A stretch of DNA of 64,000 bases from Chrysomallon squamiferum (lineage: Eukaryota; Animalia; Mollusca), in contig CM022673.1 of the NCBI GenBank assembly GCA_012295275.1, positions 11,036,001 through 11,100,000 on the forward strand, in the 5' to 3' direction. A program made the translations under genes and the position numbers. The first letter of the stretch is position 1. Every line of letters begins with the position of its first letter. The notes beneath the pieces were generated by a model that saw only the letters and a list, made by a program, of their open reading frames with translations, did not search any database and had not been told where the DNA came from. Shown piece by piece: positions 1 to 60,064 of the stretch.

Positions 1-135
1 ATTATCATTATTCATTTGCAAATGATTCAGATATAATGATCAGTTTGAAAAAATATATATATATATTTTTTTTTAAATGTATTTATGGGTCGAGGACCCT
101 TTTTATTTATTTATTAATTTTTTTTTATTTAAAAC

Positions 136-136
<1 letters not shown>

Positions 137-202
<66 letters not shown>

Positions 203-290
203 TTTACTTAAATGTTTTGTCCCTTCCCGACGTTTTGAAAATTCATCTTTTAATTATAAAAATGACAAACCATCAGTTTATTTTACTATT

Positions 291-321
<31 letters not shown>
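137..321. repeat. (TAT)n and (TAC)n microsatellites
   Basis: Direct observation; representative of many (TTA)n, (TG)n, (TA)n, (AG)n and (TTTA)n tracts in the window. Confidence 0.95.
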
Positions 322-839
322 GATAATAATAATACAAAACACAAAACATACAACAAACAACGACTAATAAAGTATAACCTTTTATCTTTTCTTTTTAAAA
401 AGTAAGAAAAAAGTTAATAAAACGTGATACTGCTAACTTGGAGAACGACTAAAAAGAGGACAACAGAAAAGAAAAGAAAAGAAAAAATCAAGAAGAGGAA
501 GAAAACCAACGAATAAATTTAAACATATAACTGAAATGTACTCATTTACCTTTACAAATGTTTATATCTAATTATATATAAACGAATTTACCTTTATAAA
601 ACTATAGAAACCCTTTTTTATCTTTTATTTTCTTTTTTAAATTACCAAATACCTGTTATTTCATCTACACCTACCAATTAAAATATCGTGATATTAATAA
701 CACAAAAGAGGATTGCACTTTATATGACGTAAACAAAAACATAAAATTATATGTCAATGTAAATATATAAATAGATTTTATTTGTAAACAGACCCATTGA
801 TTTTATCTTTATAAGGTAAATTTTCACTTCAGATAAATA

Positions 840-46505
<45,666 letters not shown>

Positions 46506-49500
46506 TAAAGAACGAAGCCACCTGCAGTGTGGCCTGACAACAAAGATGAACTAACAAAACCAGACAAAACCTCACCAACTTCACACTACTTACAATACTC
46601 AGCTGTTCTGACAGGAGTGTTTTGTACTGTGAGGTGAACAAAATTTATGGGCATTTTTCTTTCTGCTGATCTGGTAATTTTTTTTTTTTTTTTTTTATTC
46701 CATTACTACAGGATGGTGATCCAGAGTGTGTTGGGAATAGTTCAGTTGAAGAGATTACATTACATCCTGTAACAGCTCAGTTACAAAACCTCATTATTTC
46801 TAATAATGGTTTGGTTACAGAGATCTTACTATGTCTTGTAAAGATTCAATTTCTCTTGTAAAGGTTCTGGTCAGGATCAGAAATGGAGATACTAGAATCT
46901 GTCATGCAGAATCATTTGAGAAAATCACAGTTGTTCTACTGATGACTTCATTTTGGATATCCTGCAAAAAGCATCAGCACATAAAGTCTTGCAACTAAAA
47001 AATCCATCATGACTATTCACATCTAGCTGACACAACCATCATCACACAACTAAAAAAGGGAAAAGAATTCAATATGTTTGGAAACAGGAAACAGCAAAAT
47101 GGTTAAAGAATATTTCACTCTATTCAGTATTCAACAGAAATGGAGAAGACAAATAACAGTTCGTTCTGCCAAAAATTAAAATTGATCTTTTTCACAAAGA
47201 CAGAAGAAGATAAGATTCATGCTGCCTTGGAAAAAGAGTTACTGAAAAGTGTTGTTATCAGAATATTTGTTGGTGATTTCTAACCCATCCCAGAAATGTA
47301 CAAATTGTCAAAAATTGCTGAAAATGATAGTTACAAGAATAAAATGTTTTTACCAGAAAAGGCATTACAAAATGAAATACATAGTTATTCAAAAATATCT
47401 ACACTGTGATCGGGATATACATGTAGTGTCATTGTTGCCACTTACATATAGATTTATTGTGGTGGCTGTTGTATAAACAGGTACTGTTACTGAGTATTTC
47501 ATGATAATTTACTATATATTACACCCAAATTTACTGGGATGTATTAAGTCAGTGGACCGCTTAATATATACCTTGGACAAGTACAAAACTGACAGAAATA
47601 TTTTAACAAATTATGTGAAATGTTCATTTATGAAAAAGACAACAGAATGTGAAAAATACTGCCTTGCCAAACCATTTTTTTTTTTTATATATATACTGAA
47701 AATAAAAAACTTGCCATTCAAAATGGATATGCAAAAAAATCCAGTATATATATATATTTAAAACAGCTACTTAAAAGAATCTGTTGTTTACTTACTGGAA
47801 GTTTAAAAATAAAAGAAATGGAGTGTCTGTTTAAAAAATAATGTTGTCAAGATGTATCCTGGTCATGTATGATTTGCCAAACATCCTGCACAAACAATAA
47901 TTTACAGAAACTTCAGATAACCTAAGTTATCAGTCAGGGTAAGAGAAAATAGAATGTGCATTGGTTTGAAAAATGATCCCAAGATATATCTGCTGACGAT
48001 TATAATAAAACCAAAATCTTTGGTGCTTCCAAAAGAACAGTTAGAAGTTCAAGGGATTATGGTTAAATTGTGAAATTTCAAGATATTTGGGTTTGAGTAC
48101 ATTTGATGTGTATTTAAACAATCAGATAATTTATGTACTTAACAGACATTATTGTTGTTGTTATTATAGTTATTATTATTGTCATTATTATTATTATTAC
48201 TATTTTGACCATTATGATGGAATGTTTTAGGAACAGTTAATTATACAGAAAGGGTTGTTGCCATTACTGTATTAAGTAAAGTGTGTTGTAAACAATCAAA
48301 TTAAGAGCAGTTAATAATGGTTATGAATCTTGTACGAAGATGTAATGCAACAGAATTAAAGTAGATAATAGATTTTAGATTTTGGAAAAAAATAAATAGA
48401 AATAGTACAAATACTTTAAACAAATATAATAAGAAAAAGAAAGAAAGAAATAATAATAATAACAAAATTAATGACAATAAAATTTAAAAAAATAAAATAA
48501 AGAATAATTATAACATAAGCATACATACAGTAATTATGCAAGTCTCCATGCATATTTATGGATGTTCAAATTACTATGGAAGGTTTACTGAGTAAAATGT
48601 AAAGCTGTAAGAAGTATTTAATTCTATGCATATTTTTTTGTTTTATTACAATAATGTTTAAAAACACATTACTGCTTCTATATGGAGTCAGAGGTTATTT
48701 GATTTATAAACTTGTTACGGCAATAATCAGGCCTGCTGCAATTCTCATTTCTGAATACAATCTAATAATTAAACTCGAGTCAGCTTCATATTAATAAATA
48801 CCTGTTATATGTATGTATGTATATATATGATTTTCACTGCCTTATTATTGAATGAAATCTGTACATTTATAGGATACTTAAATTTTGTTAAATAAATTTT
48901 TAAAATATATATATATATATTTTTTTTTTTTTAAGTTTCTGTCAGTATCTAATTATTAAAAAAAAAAAGAGTTCAGAGTAATAATTCTAAAGCCTTCAGA
49001 TGAAAAATGCTGTGCCTTGTTAGCTCCCCTTAGTGATCTTTTGTCTGTGAAGAAAAACAGTTTGAAAATAAACTGATTATCTTCCTTTGGTAAATTAAAT
49101 ATAATAGTTTTTCTTCCTTTAGTAAATTAAATACAATACTGTTTCTTTTAACACTGAAAAATTATTAGTGCATTTGTTACCTCCCTTCTCCAAATAATCT
49201 TTTACAATAATAATAATAATGATGATAATAATAATAATTATTATTAATATTATTGTTATTTTAATTACTATTATTATTAAAGAATTATTAATTCATTTGT
49301 TATCTCCTCTTCCTTGTTCTTTTCTTTTTAAAAACCCCAAGAAAACTAAATTAGTTACCTTCTCTTAAAAAAGAATTATTAGTAACTTGTATGTGTACTT
49401 TTGATATATTGCTGCATACTATTTTGAGTAATTTATTAAATTAGTAATTTTATTTATTACTTTATAAATAAACTGTTTAGATTACTATTTCACATTCTGC

Positions 49501-50720
49501 TAACTGAGGTTGTGCATATTTAATTTTTATTAATATTATTTTTCCATTAATAGGCTTAAAAACAGAAACATACTTAAAAAACTAAATTAAATGATGTGCA
49601 ACAAGCAAAAACTTTCAAAACTGTTATTGTGATTAACACTGAAAATGACCTAATTCTCTGTAGAATTCTGGGAAGTCATATTTATACTTATTCATGATAA
49701 ATTTTATGCATGTTTAAATATGTATTTAAAATACAAGATTGTGGAGTGTGTATATGTGTGTATCAGAGAGAGGGAGAGAGAGAATGATTTATTTTATTTT
49801 ATATTTTACATTTGTTCTTTTCCATCATTTATTAATTATACCTACATTATTAATGTTGTAATTTCATTAGTCAAAAGATCTAAAAAAAAACCTGATATTA
49901 TATTATTTATTTATTATTATTATTTTTTTTTTTGGCACCATTTTAAATAGCTAAATATTGTAAAACTGAATGCAGCTCATAGATCAATAAGACCAATTTC
50001 TTAATAGCTCAAAATATTTAAAATAATTTTCCTTCTAAATATCATTGCTCAGTAATAAGAAATAAAAAAAATCTTTTGCTTCACCATCTTCATTATTATT
50101 ATTATTATTATTCATTTTGGACCAAGAAATTTGAATTTGTTCATGTTTTCATACTGCTGTCCGAAAACTAGTCTAAGTCTATGTGTCTCCATTTTATACC
50201 TAAAATCATTAAATTATAATTAATTAATTTTTGAATGAATGTTAAAAGAGAGCTATAAGACAAAAAATAAAAGTAAACCGGTTACTATTATTTTCAAATT
50301 TCAAATATTCTTAAGCTACCCTTCATCTACTTATATGAAATTACAAAGTCACATGAAAAATGCATCTAAATGTTATCAACACATGTAAATTATCTATGGA
50401 CTAAAATGCAAATGTGTGTTTGTCCTCGTGTTACCAGAAGCCATTTTATATGAAGTTAAGAACTCATTTGAAAAATTAATCTGAACACATTAATATTTTT
50501 TTATGTTTTACTAAGATACAAATTTGTTTGTATCCATGCACGGTTGTGAAAAATCCTAACAATATGTGTAATTACGAAGCTCAAGTCGCCATGTTGTTCG
50601 ACTAATGTTATGTTTTAAGATGTCTGTATGTCTGTACAGATGTTAGTGCTTTAAGGAGTTGTGAAAGAAGTCATATTTTTATTTTTCTACACAACTGCAT
50701 ATTTCAGTACCTTTCCTCAC

Positions 50721-50726
50721 AATAAA
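50721..50726 (+). other. Candidate Par-3 polyadenylation signal
   Basis: AATAAA followed about 20 nt later by GT-rich GGGTCTTGTGTTGGTTT; many other AATAAA occur in this AT-rich UTR. Confidence 0.4.
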
Positions 50727-51187
50727 CATGTGATATTTTAATGGGTCTTGTGTTGGTTTTCTTTACTAAATAATAATAATAATACAATAAAAATATACAC
50801 ACGATATATATAGTTTGCACATACAAATTGTTACGAATCCTTTGAGAAATTGTATGTCACAGGATAAACTTTCCTCAATGTGCTGATTAAATTAATTTCC
50901 AATCTAACTAGTGCTCCGTGACCATGCTAACCAAAAGTAAATACTGAGCTGTGAAATAAAAAAAATTCGTTTCTTTTTTCTATTTTTATAATTATTACTA
51001 TTTTTTTGTAATAACTGTAAGTATAAAATGTTATTAAAGTTTTATATATTAATCTAATAATAGAAAGAAAAAACAATAGAAATGAAAAAAAATTAAAAAT
51101 TCATAAATAAAAAAACACCAACAATCACTAGATATTTAAGAACTGTATAGACAGACACACTCAGACAATCAAAACAACAGATATTTG

Positions 51188-51207
51188 TTTATTTGATGTA
51201 TTTTATT
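51188..51207 (-). other. Candidate TMEM106B polyadenylation signals
   Basis: Two minus-strand AATAAA followed on - strand by GT-rich TGTTGTTTTGATTGTCTGAGTGTGTCTGT. Confidence 0.35.
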
Positions 51208-54200
51208 ATTTTGGTCATACTATACTATATATATATCTAAAAAAAAAATAATTAAATTTCTCACAGTTTATCATAATCTCTATAATATAAAAACTCTATA
51301 TCACAACAATTTGAATATAATACTTATTGAAGGATACGTACTTTACAATCAAACAAATAAAAACAAATTGCAAGAATAATTTTAATAACATGACCAGTTG
51401 TACATGTAATCCAAAACTGTGGTTTGTTTATATAACATCTTTACTATCAAGGTGGGTATGATGACGTAATGACAAACATTTAAACTATGGTAAAAGAATA
51501 TAAAACACAAGAACTGAAATGAATTAATTATTTTAATATGTGTTTCTGATTGATATGCTGAAGATTCATTCTGGATAAAATTGTAGTATAAAATTAAGCG
51601 AAAAATAAAGAAGTGAAAATACACGAGAACAATGCACGAAATACTTTCACAGCCACAGTGAGAAATGAACGGCTTTTACACAGATAACGCAGATTGAACA
51701 TGGAAGCATCATTAGAACTCTGGAACATTTGAAGTAGAAGCACCATTGTATATGACATAAATTGTTAATTGTATATACTGAAGACATTGTTTTTACAAAA
51801 CAGTAATGTAATAAACAGGCTAATATTCAAACCATATAATCATTTATACCAGGTCTAATAACTAATCAATTTAAATAAATAAATAAAATTGAAAATTAAG
51901 AATTAAATAAAAAATTTGAGTTGAAACAACAATATTTGTTATTGGCCATTTTAAAGAATATGTATTTTTCAGAAACCTGACATTTGTTTCATATCAAGAC
52001 ATGTATACCTACTTACCTGTATAAATTATTAATGAATTATTAAAGTTTGTTTACACTGCTGTCTTAAAGCTTAGCAATCACTTTATCACAACCCTCTGTT
52101 GCTCAAAATAAATGTTGAGGATAACAGATTTTTTAAAATTTCTTATAAGGAAATTTAAATTCAATAATTTCAACACAGTTTTCTTCACACTGCATTCCAT
52201 ACATACATATATTATAAGTAAATAAACAGGAAAAAAAGCTACAACATTTATCAGTGCCATTTACATGCATGAGAATAGAAAATAATTCTCATATTTTGTA
52301 ATATCTTGTTAACATGATCATGAAAATATAAGAATCCTCGTAGAGCTTGTTTACTTAATCTTTACTGAAGATTTCAACCTGAAACCTTCAGCTTGAAAAT
52401 CCATATTATTTCCATTTCTGCTAATAAAGAAACACCCAGTACAAAAACTTTATAACTAATACAATGAAATTAATTAAACCTTGATTATAAAAAATTCTTT
52501 GAAAAAAACCCCATAAATCTCAGCCATAAAATTGAATGAACAGCAAATATAGTATCTGTTTGAACTCTTATAAAAATTAAGTTTGTAATAATAAAATTCT
52601 TTTAAACATAATAAATACAGTAAAAAGTAAAATCTAGCCAAATTAAAGTCCACAAAGAAACATCCATGATGGAAAAAGAAAAAAAGTAATCTTCTACATA
52701 TAAACATTTCTTTAAAATCAGTAATAATAAAATTCATATATTAAAATAAACAGCACTAATATATAAACACTTTAAAAAAAAAAAAAAATAATAATAATAA
52801 TAAATAAAATAAAATAATGAAAAATTTAACTGCTCCAGATCTTTTAGTCAATAGTGGTAAAATACATATCTTAAAATCTACAGGACTAATACATAAATGC
52901 TCTAAAATAAAAATTAAAATAAAGAATCTGAAAATAAAAATGTAATTGTTCCAGATCAAGAAAACAACTTATAACAGAGAAAGAATATGATTGATCGTTT
53001 CTTTTCCTCAAATAATTACAGTACATGAAAACAAAGGCAATCATTATGAAAATATTTGATTGTTCCGCTATATCACAATTGATTTTTATGCCATCAGGCC
53101 ATTTATTACAGTATTTAATGAAAAGGACAAATTCACTCATTTATAAAAATTAAGTGGTGATTCTTTCCGACAGGCACAACTTCGGAGATGAAGTTAGTTT
53201 AATGACAAAAATAATCGTAACAATAAAGAACAGATGAGTATAAAAAACATACATACAATGTTTGAGCTAGTTTACAAAAATATGGACAGTATTTAAGAGA
53301 AATGAGGTTTTGTGGAGGAAATATGTTGCACCATCACCCCAGAATTATAAATATGTAAAACGCCAAAAACATAAAAGCCAAAATGATACTCTCTAAAAAG
53401 AGTTTCAAAGGATAAGATTGTGGAGAAAATTATTATCCACCCCCAAAAAAAATATTGTGTATACCACATAAGATTGTTTTTGTCTTTTTTCAAAACATTT
53501 TATCCAAAATTTTAAACTGAAGGTAAAATATTTTATTTAATAATACTGAACATATTTTAATCTACTGATATATTTACATCACATATATATGACACAGAGA
53601 TAAAGTGAGAGGAAATTTGCTGTGGCATGTGGAAGGCAACTTTTTGTTATGAATAGCAACAAGCGATCTTTTCTGTTTAACTGTTTTTCAGTTAGAAAAC
53701 TTATACCAGTCTTATATAAACTCCAACTAGAGAGTACTGGCAGTATTGGGAAACTGTTTGAAGGGCTGTTTAGGAGGACTGATCCCACAAACCACCAAAC
53801 ACCATCCAAGCACTCAAAACAAAGAACCTGTTAGTATAATATTTAAAAGCTCACAGTAGAAAAAAACGGCTAATCATTGAGTAACTATTGTAATATAAAT
53901 CTTACAAAAACAAATGTCCCACAATTCAGTATCTTTATGGAATTATCAATAATGAGAGAACTTGTAAATAAATTTGTTCCATATTAGCCTCACATGAAAG
54001 GGAAAAAAAAAAAAAAATGCTGTTTACAAATCAGCAAAAATGTGTGCAGTCAATATTAATAAGATCTATTTTGACAGGAAGGGATATAATTGAATAATAT
54101 TCATAAAACAATGTAGCATCACACTGGTGATTTTCACTACAGATTTTGATGCAGAGGGTCTTCGCTATACATTGTTTTGTACACAGATCAGCAACAAACA

Positions 54201-54568
54201 AGGGAAAATGTAACTGTTAATGTCTACCGCGTTTTGCAGTCATGTCATTTTGGACAGACAGAAAGAAGAAAGCACAAACTATTTACAGACACCACGATAG
54301 TTCATTCTGAGGTATGTTTTTGTTTTTCTTACTATATAATTATTTATCTTTATTTTTTATATTCTGTAAGTTATTCGTCACGGATTTATTTTTGTTGATG
54401 GTATAAGTATATTTAGGTAAGTTAAGTGGTGAAAATACTGTGCATTTGAAACTTATCTACATTATTTACATTAATTCCTCTTCATCTCCTCTTATCATTA
54501 CTCTTCATGTTTTCATGGTACAGACTGATGAAGTATATCGAAGATCCTCTGTGCATGGTAACAGTGGT

Positions 54569-57500
54569 TTATAAAGGGGGAAATAACTTTGTCTTGTTAT
54601 AACAATTAACTGCCTGATTTATCGACAGAGTCGCCTGCTCTTCATGACCCAGAAATGTGTAATTTGCTGTAATTCTGAAAAAAAGTTAAATAAAGTAAAT
54701 TTAACAAAGATAGTTAATAAAATTAAAATTTGAATTTTTTTGAAATTACACATTCCAGTGAATTTGCATACATTCATACACAGACAAGCATAACATACAC
54801 CCATAAACAGAAAATAATATTTATTTTGACAATGAAAAGAAAACGTATAAAATTACAATATGAAAAATAATTAAATGAATAAATATTAAAATTAAAAAAA
54901 ATTGGTAGAAAACAAAAGAATTCAAACCTGGATCTGATACATACTATTTATTTCATCAAAATCCAAGTCCAAACCTGAACCAGAATTATTATTACAGTAA
55001 TATTCTTAATTTTCAATCCTTTATTTTAAATAACTAATCAGTATTAACAATAACACTGACTTATTCGGACCATAAGTATTTATATTAACCTTCATTAAGC
55101 ATAATAACAACAATTTTAATTAAAAATATATATAAAAAATAATAATTACAGTTTAGGATCTTTGGTAAATACATTTATCAACTTACTCAAAATTTATCTG
55201 CAAATTATGAACCCAATATCTAGAATCATCGCAGTTTTTCCTGAAAATAAAAACAAATAACATTAATTAAATTAGTTTTATTACCAAAAATATTATTTAT
55301 TAATACTCTTTAACATTAAACAAAATAATAATAATATTTATCTAAAAATAAAATATAAGCTTTTCTAACTCATATGGAAGTACATAAAAACTTCCATGTC
55401 CATATGTAGAATATTATTTTTAAAAATTCTTATTTTTATTGTTTGTATTTGAAAATAACATTCATTCATATTCAAGAATACATTCTCAAATGTTTACAGA
55501 TGAACACACTAATTCTATGAATTTGTAAAAATATGTACACTAAAAATTCCTACTTCTTAGATTTGATTCAAGAACACACACTAGACTTTCACATTTGATA
55601 AAAACACACATTCATATTCAAGAATATACACTAGAATTTTACATTTGAAAATAATACACATTCATATTCAGTAAAATATTTGTGAATTTTACAGATTTTT
55701 ATAACAATGTAATTCTAGAAACTTGTGAAAACACATACATTAAAAATCTCCAATCCTTGGAATTGAAAATAATCTGCCTTTATGTTCACTTTTTTTCTTT
55801 TTTTATTCCTTTATTTTTTTCCTTCTTCTTCTAAAGATTATCATACAGTTTACATTTCTAATTTTAGAAATTTAAAAAAAAAAAAAAAAAAAAATACATA
55901 CACCAAAAACTCCCACTCCTTGGAATTGAAGATAATCTGCATTTCCACGCCGTACGACGACACAGAATCTGGAGGAACGCGTAGTCGCGTTGTGTTCCTC
56001 GACACAGCGATCTGTTTGCTCTCGTACAGCGACACCATACTCGCTCCCGTCACAGTAATTCCAACGTAATTGTGGTTCGAGAAATTGAACACATTCTGAA
56101 AATATATCCAAATTTTTTTTTTTTTTTATTTATTAGTCTAGTAGTAACTTTTACTGGTGGCGAACATCAGCGAAACATCACATCAGATGTTACACTTCTG
56201 ACAGAAGACAGTGGTGAATAATATTTCTAAAAGTGTCATATTTAAAAGTTGGAATAAAAGTAATAATGGGAAATATCCTCCATTAATCTGCTGCATGTCA
56301 AATCTGAATGAGATGTTGGTTTTTTTAAAATTGCATTTACTAAGTTAAATAAACATAATATTAGGTGATATTACATTATACAATATATCTGGTGTACTGT
56401 TGCTGAACATGAAATATCTCTAAGTATTTTACTGTTTATAAATACAGTATACCCTCACCTGTTCGCGGTTCCCCATTCACGGCCCCGCATATTCGCGGGT
56501 TAGGCTCTTAACCCTATGAACAATATCAAATTTTTCAATTAATTGCAATACAGCAAAGCACACAAACAATATCAAATTTTTTATTAAAATGCATTTTTTT
56601 ATAAATGCATACTGTATGTACAGTGCATATTTTTTGTGACCGTGTATTAATAATGTTTTTAATTGCATATTATTACCTGAACTGTGCGTACTGTATTTAT
56701 CTGTCTGTTTGCCTTTAAATTTGTTCCATATTCTAATACATATGTTGTATATAGAAAATGACTTTCTGGTATCTGTATGGGTAACTATATGCTTTCCTAC
56801 TTTAATTTCTTTCTGATTAAAATATTGTTTCAACAAAATTAAAATGGTTTATTATCATTACTACATTAGTGAAATACATAACTGCATGCACTATTACTAC
56901 ATTATTACTGTATTAATGAGTAAGAGTGTCTTTAGAAAGTGTTTGGGAAGCATTTAGTACCGTATATGATCTCATAATAGATGTTTTAAAACTGCATCCA
57001 ATATTCAGTCTTTATTTGTTTAATAAATAAATAACCGTTTATAAATAAATACTGGTAAACATCATATCATACAGTATATCTAGCATACTTTTACTTTAAG
57101 TTGAAGTCAATTTTATACAACAGATTCTTATAACTTAATACTTAGAGTAAAACTAATATTTGTAAATATATGTAGTGAATTTCTTACAACATTTTAAAAA
57201 ATTAATATTTAATATTTGAAAATGTATATATCTAGTATACCATTATTGGAACTCCAGTTTAGAACATTTTTAAAAACTAATATTTAATACTTACAAGAAA
57301 TGTAATATTTAAATAATATATACATATATATAGTTTTATACTTGAATATATATTGTTAGCTGAAATAAATTTTATACGTCTATTGTTAAAAAACAAAATT
57401 TAATACAATAAATGTAATATTTGCAAATATATACACATCAAGTTTACTGTTATTTGAAGTCAGTTTTATACAATATTTTTGTAATTAATATTTGATACTT

Positions 57501-58803
57501 ACAATAAATGAAATATTGGCAAACATTTCACTGACATTGACTCTGAGATAGAAAGGATTTATCACATATTTGTTACTGCTAAGGTTGACATCTCTGGGAT
57601 ACAGGAAAAACAGGATAAGAAAAGTAGTCAACATGCACACAATAACAGCCAGTATTACATAGAGGACCCTGAAATGATGATGATAATAATAATAATAATA
57701 ATAAATAAAAAAATAAATATTTTAAAAAAAAAAAAAAAATAAAAATAAATAAAAGGCAAACTAAAATAAATAAATATAATAATAAAAATAAAGATAATAA
57801 AATATATATGTGTTTATGTCATGGTATATATATATAGATATATTAAATATATAAACACATACAGATATAAACAGGTTTACATAAATCAGTGATAGTTAAA
57901 ATGAATGTGTATAGTCAATAGGAAAGTGCAGTGTCAGTACTCAGTACATATTTATATTTATATACATCATTTACGCTTACTGTGCAATTTACAGTTACAA
58001 ATTATCGAGGAATAAACATTTTGGTTACTTCATTAGAATAATATAAAAAAAAATAATCTGGATTATACACACACACATACATCTTCTAAATTTTTTATTT
58101 TGAAATTAGAATTTTTTTTCTTAATTTTTGTAAAAAAAATGTCACTAACGTCCTTCGTGGTCTTAGTCTTTTGTCCTTCATCGGAATCAGAGCAACTAGC
58201 TGACCTTCATGTTCTGGAAGAATTTAAAATTAATAATAATAAAACAGAAAATTAAAAAGTACATACTAAACTCTTTGTAAGTGCACAAAATTAAAATATT
58301 GTTAGTTTTATAAAACTTATAATTGTATGTAAAGTTTAGCAAATTAATACATAAAATATCTGAACTAACATATTTTTTTCTTTCATTAATAAATTTATAA
58401 ATATATTTTTAAACCATTTTTTTTTTTGGTTAAAAGTTAATGAAATTGAAAATAAAACTTACAAATTGTATTGTCAAAATTATTTTACTGTTTTTAGTTA
58501 CACAAATACTGTTAATTATTATTTTATTTAAAATTTAATATTTAAAGAATCTAATTTCTTTATTTCAAATTTAAGGAATATAATTATTTTATTTTAGAAT
58601 GTAACTATTTTTTTCCTATAGTTCTTACCTTTTGGTATACTTCCAAGGCCACGACAAGTTGGACACGGAACATTACCACCCATAAGTTCTTCATACCCTG
58701 ATCCATTTGTTGAATTGTTCAATCCAAATGTTGCACTGTCAGGTGACACACTTCTGTCCATCGATGTTGCTGATATCAGTCGTCTTGTTTCACCTGCACT
58801 CAT
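54569..58803 (-). CDS. TMEM106B: Transmembrane protein 106B-like, 6 coding exons (58803-58629, 58213-58150, 57668-57503, 56095-55902, 55240-55187, 54674-54569), 252 aa
   Basis: CPTCRGLG (CxxCxGxG), QLVALIP..DKRLRPRRT, single TM ending FFLYPR, luminal N-glycosylation sequons, VHN and LGHEEQ motifs; all junctions GT-AG and in phase (759 nt). Confidence 0.93.
55370..55790. repeat. Degenerate intronic repeats in TMEM106B intron 4, including a copy of the exon 4 end
   Basis: CATTCATATTCAAGAATA units plus TCCTTGGAATTGAAAATAATCTGC. Confidence 0.7.
56443..56502 (+). mobile_element. Single Tc1/mariner-pogo-like terminal remnant in TMEM106B intron
   Basis: TA|CAGTATACCCTC...TTCGCGG...ATTCGCGGG; GC-rich island in AT-rich intron; no partner TIR seen. 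Confidence 0.4.
57080..57525. repeat. Degenerate repeats in TMEM106B intron 3 echoing the exon 3 donor
   Basis: TAATATTTAATACTTACAA(T/G)AAATGTAATATTT recurs. Confidence 0.7.
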
Positions 58804-59449
58804 TTTGGTTTCTGAAATATCTGCAATTAAAAACAAGTAATTCTTACTAATACACATGGCCAATAAATGTTTTGAAAATTACTGATAAATATTACAATGT
58901 ATTTACTACTGACAAGTGTTGCATTAACTTCTTGCAAATTGTATTGTTATTTATTCTTTTTTTAACTATTAAATGAACAATCTCAACTTCTTTAGTATTA
59001 ATATTAATCATATATTTGTTATACAAGGAGGAAACCTGCAATTTCTGTTTCATGGGCTTATACAGTGGAAATTAATTCAAAGGTTTGGTGTAATCCCTGA
59101 GGAAAAACCCATTCCATTTTTATTTTTAAATTATGGATTGCACTCCCTAAACTTATGTTCAGGTCGAGTAGTTTAACAATGAATAAAAACTTAATAAATT
59201 AAAATTACTTTTCTCCTTTTATTACTTACTTTCAAATCATTCATATTTGCAATATAATCGGCGTAGAAAAGCTATTGTTATTAAACGACAATTATATTAA
59301 GAATTATGGCTTTCTTCATAACATAAATTACACCTATATGTAAATGATACCTAACGTCAATATGACTCATAAGCACGTTCCGGAATAATTTCCTTAACGA
59401 CAATAGACTACATCTTAATGATATTTATAAATATATTACCCGATAACTC

Positions 59450-60064
59450 ACGCTCAATAATTAAAGTATATTTTGTTATGACATCTTCAAAGTACAGTGC
59501 TGGAATAATATGATCACTGCATAGGACCAAAGTATAATACCCTGATTAAAAAAAAACATGTAAATTACATTAACAAAAAAAGAGTATACTTAATTTTCGT
59601 AGTCGACTGGTTTTAAGTTACTAATATTATGGCTATTCAACCACACACTGAAAGCACCGTCGCTTTCTCATTATATAATATCTGACAACCCTGAAATTGT
59701 TCTGTGAATTATATTAAAAAGAATAAGCCCATATTTTATTGACAAAAATAAAAAATAATAAAAAATTAAAAATTAAAATTTAAAATAATTAATTTTAAAA
59801 ATTAAAAATAAAAATGGAAGAAAAAGACTGAACAAGGAGGAAAAAGTACATGATTTTTAAAATTGATTTTTATATTAATTAATTAAAATATAATTTCTTC
59901 ATTTAAAACAATGTTGACAGAAAACAAACTCTATAGTTTATTTCTAAACATCAGTCATAGAAAAGGCGAACTGAGCCAGTTGGTTGTTTGCCAACACCTG
60001 CACTGGTACCGAATCAAGGAATCCGCAGAACGCAACACGGTCGGGAAAAAGTGACAGCGCCAAA
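59450..60064. promoter_or_regulatory. Divergent promoter region between TMEM106B and OXSR1
   Basis: Head-to-head start codons 58803(-) and 60065(+); minus-strand donor GAGC|GTGAGT at about 59451 suggests a non-coding TMEM106B first exon; CpG patches. Confidence 0.5.
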
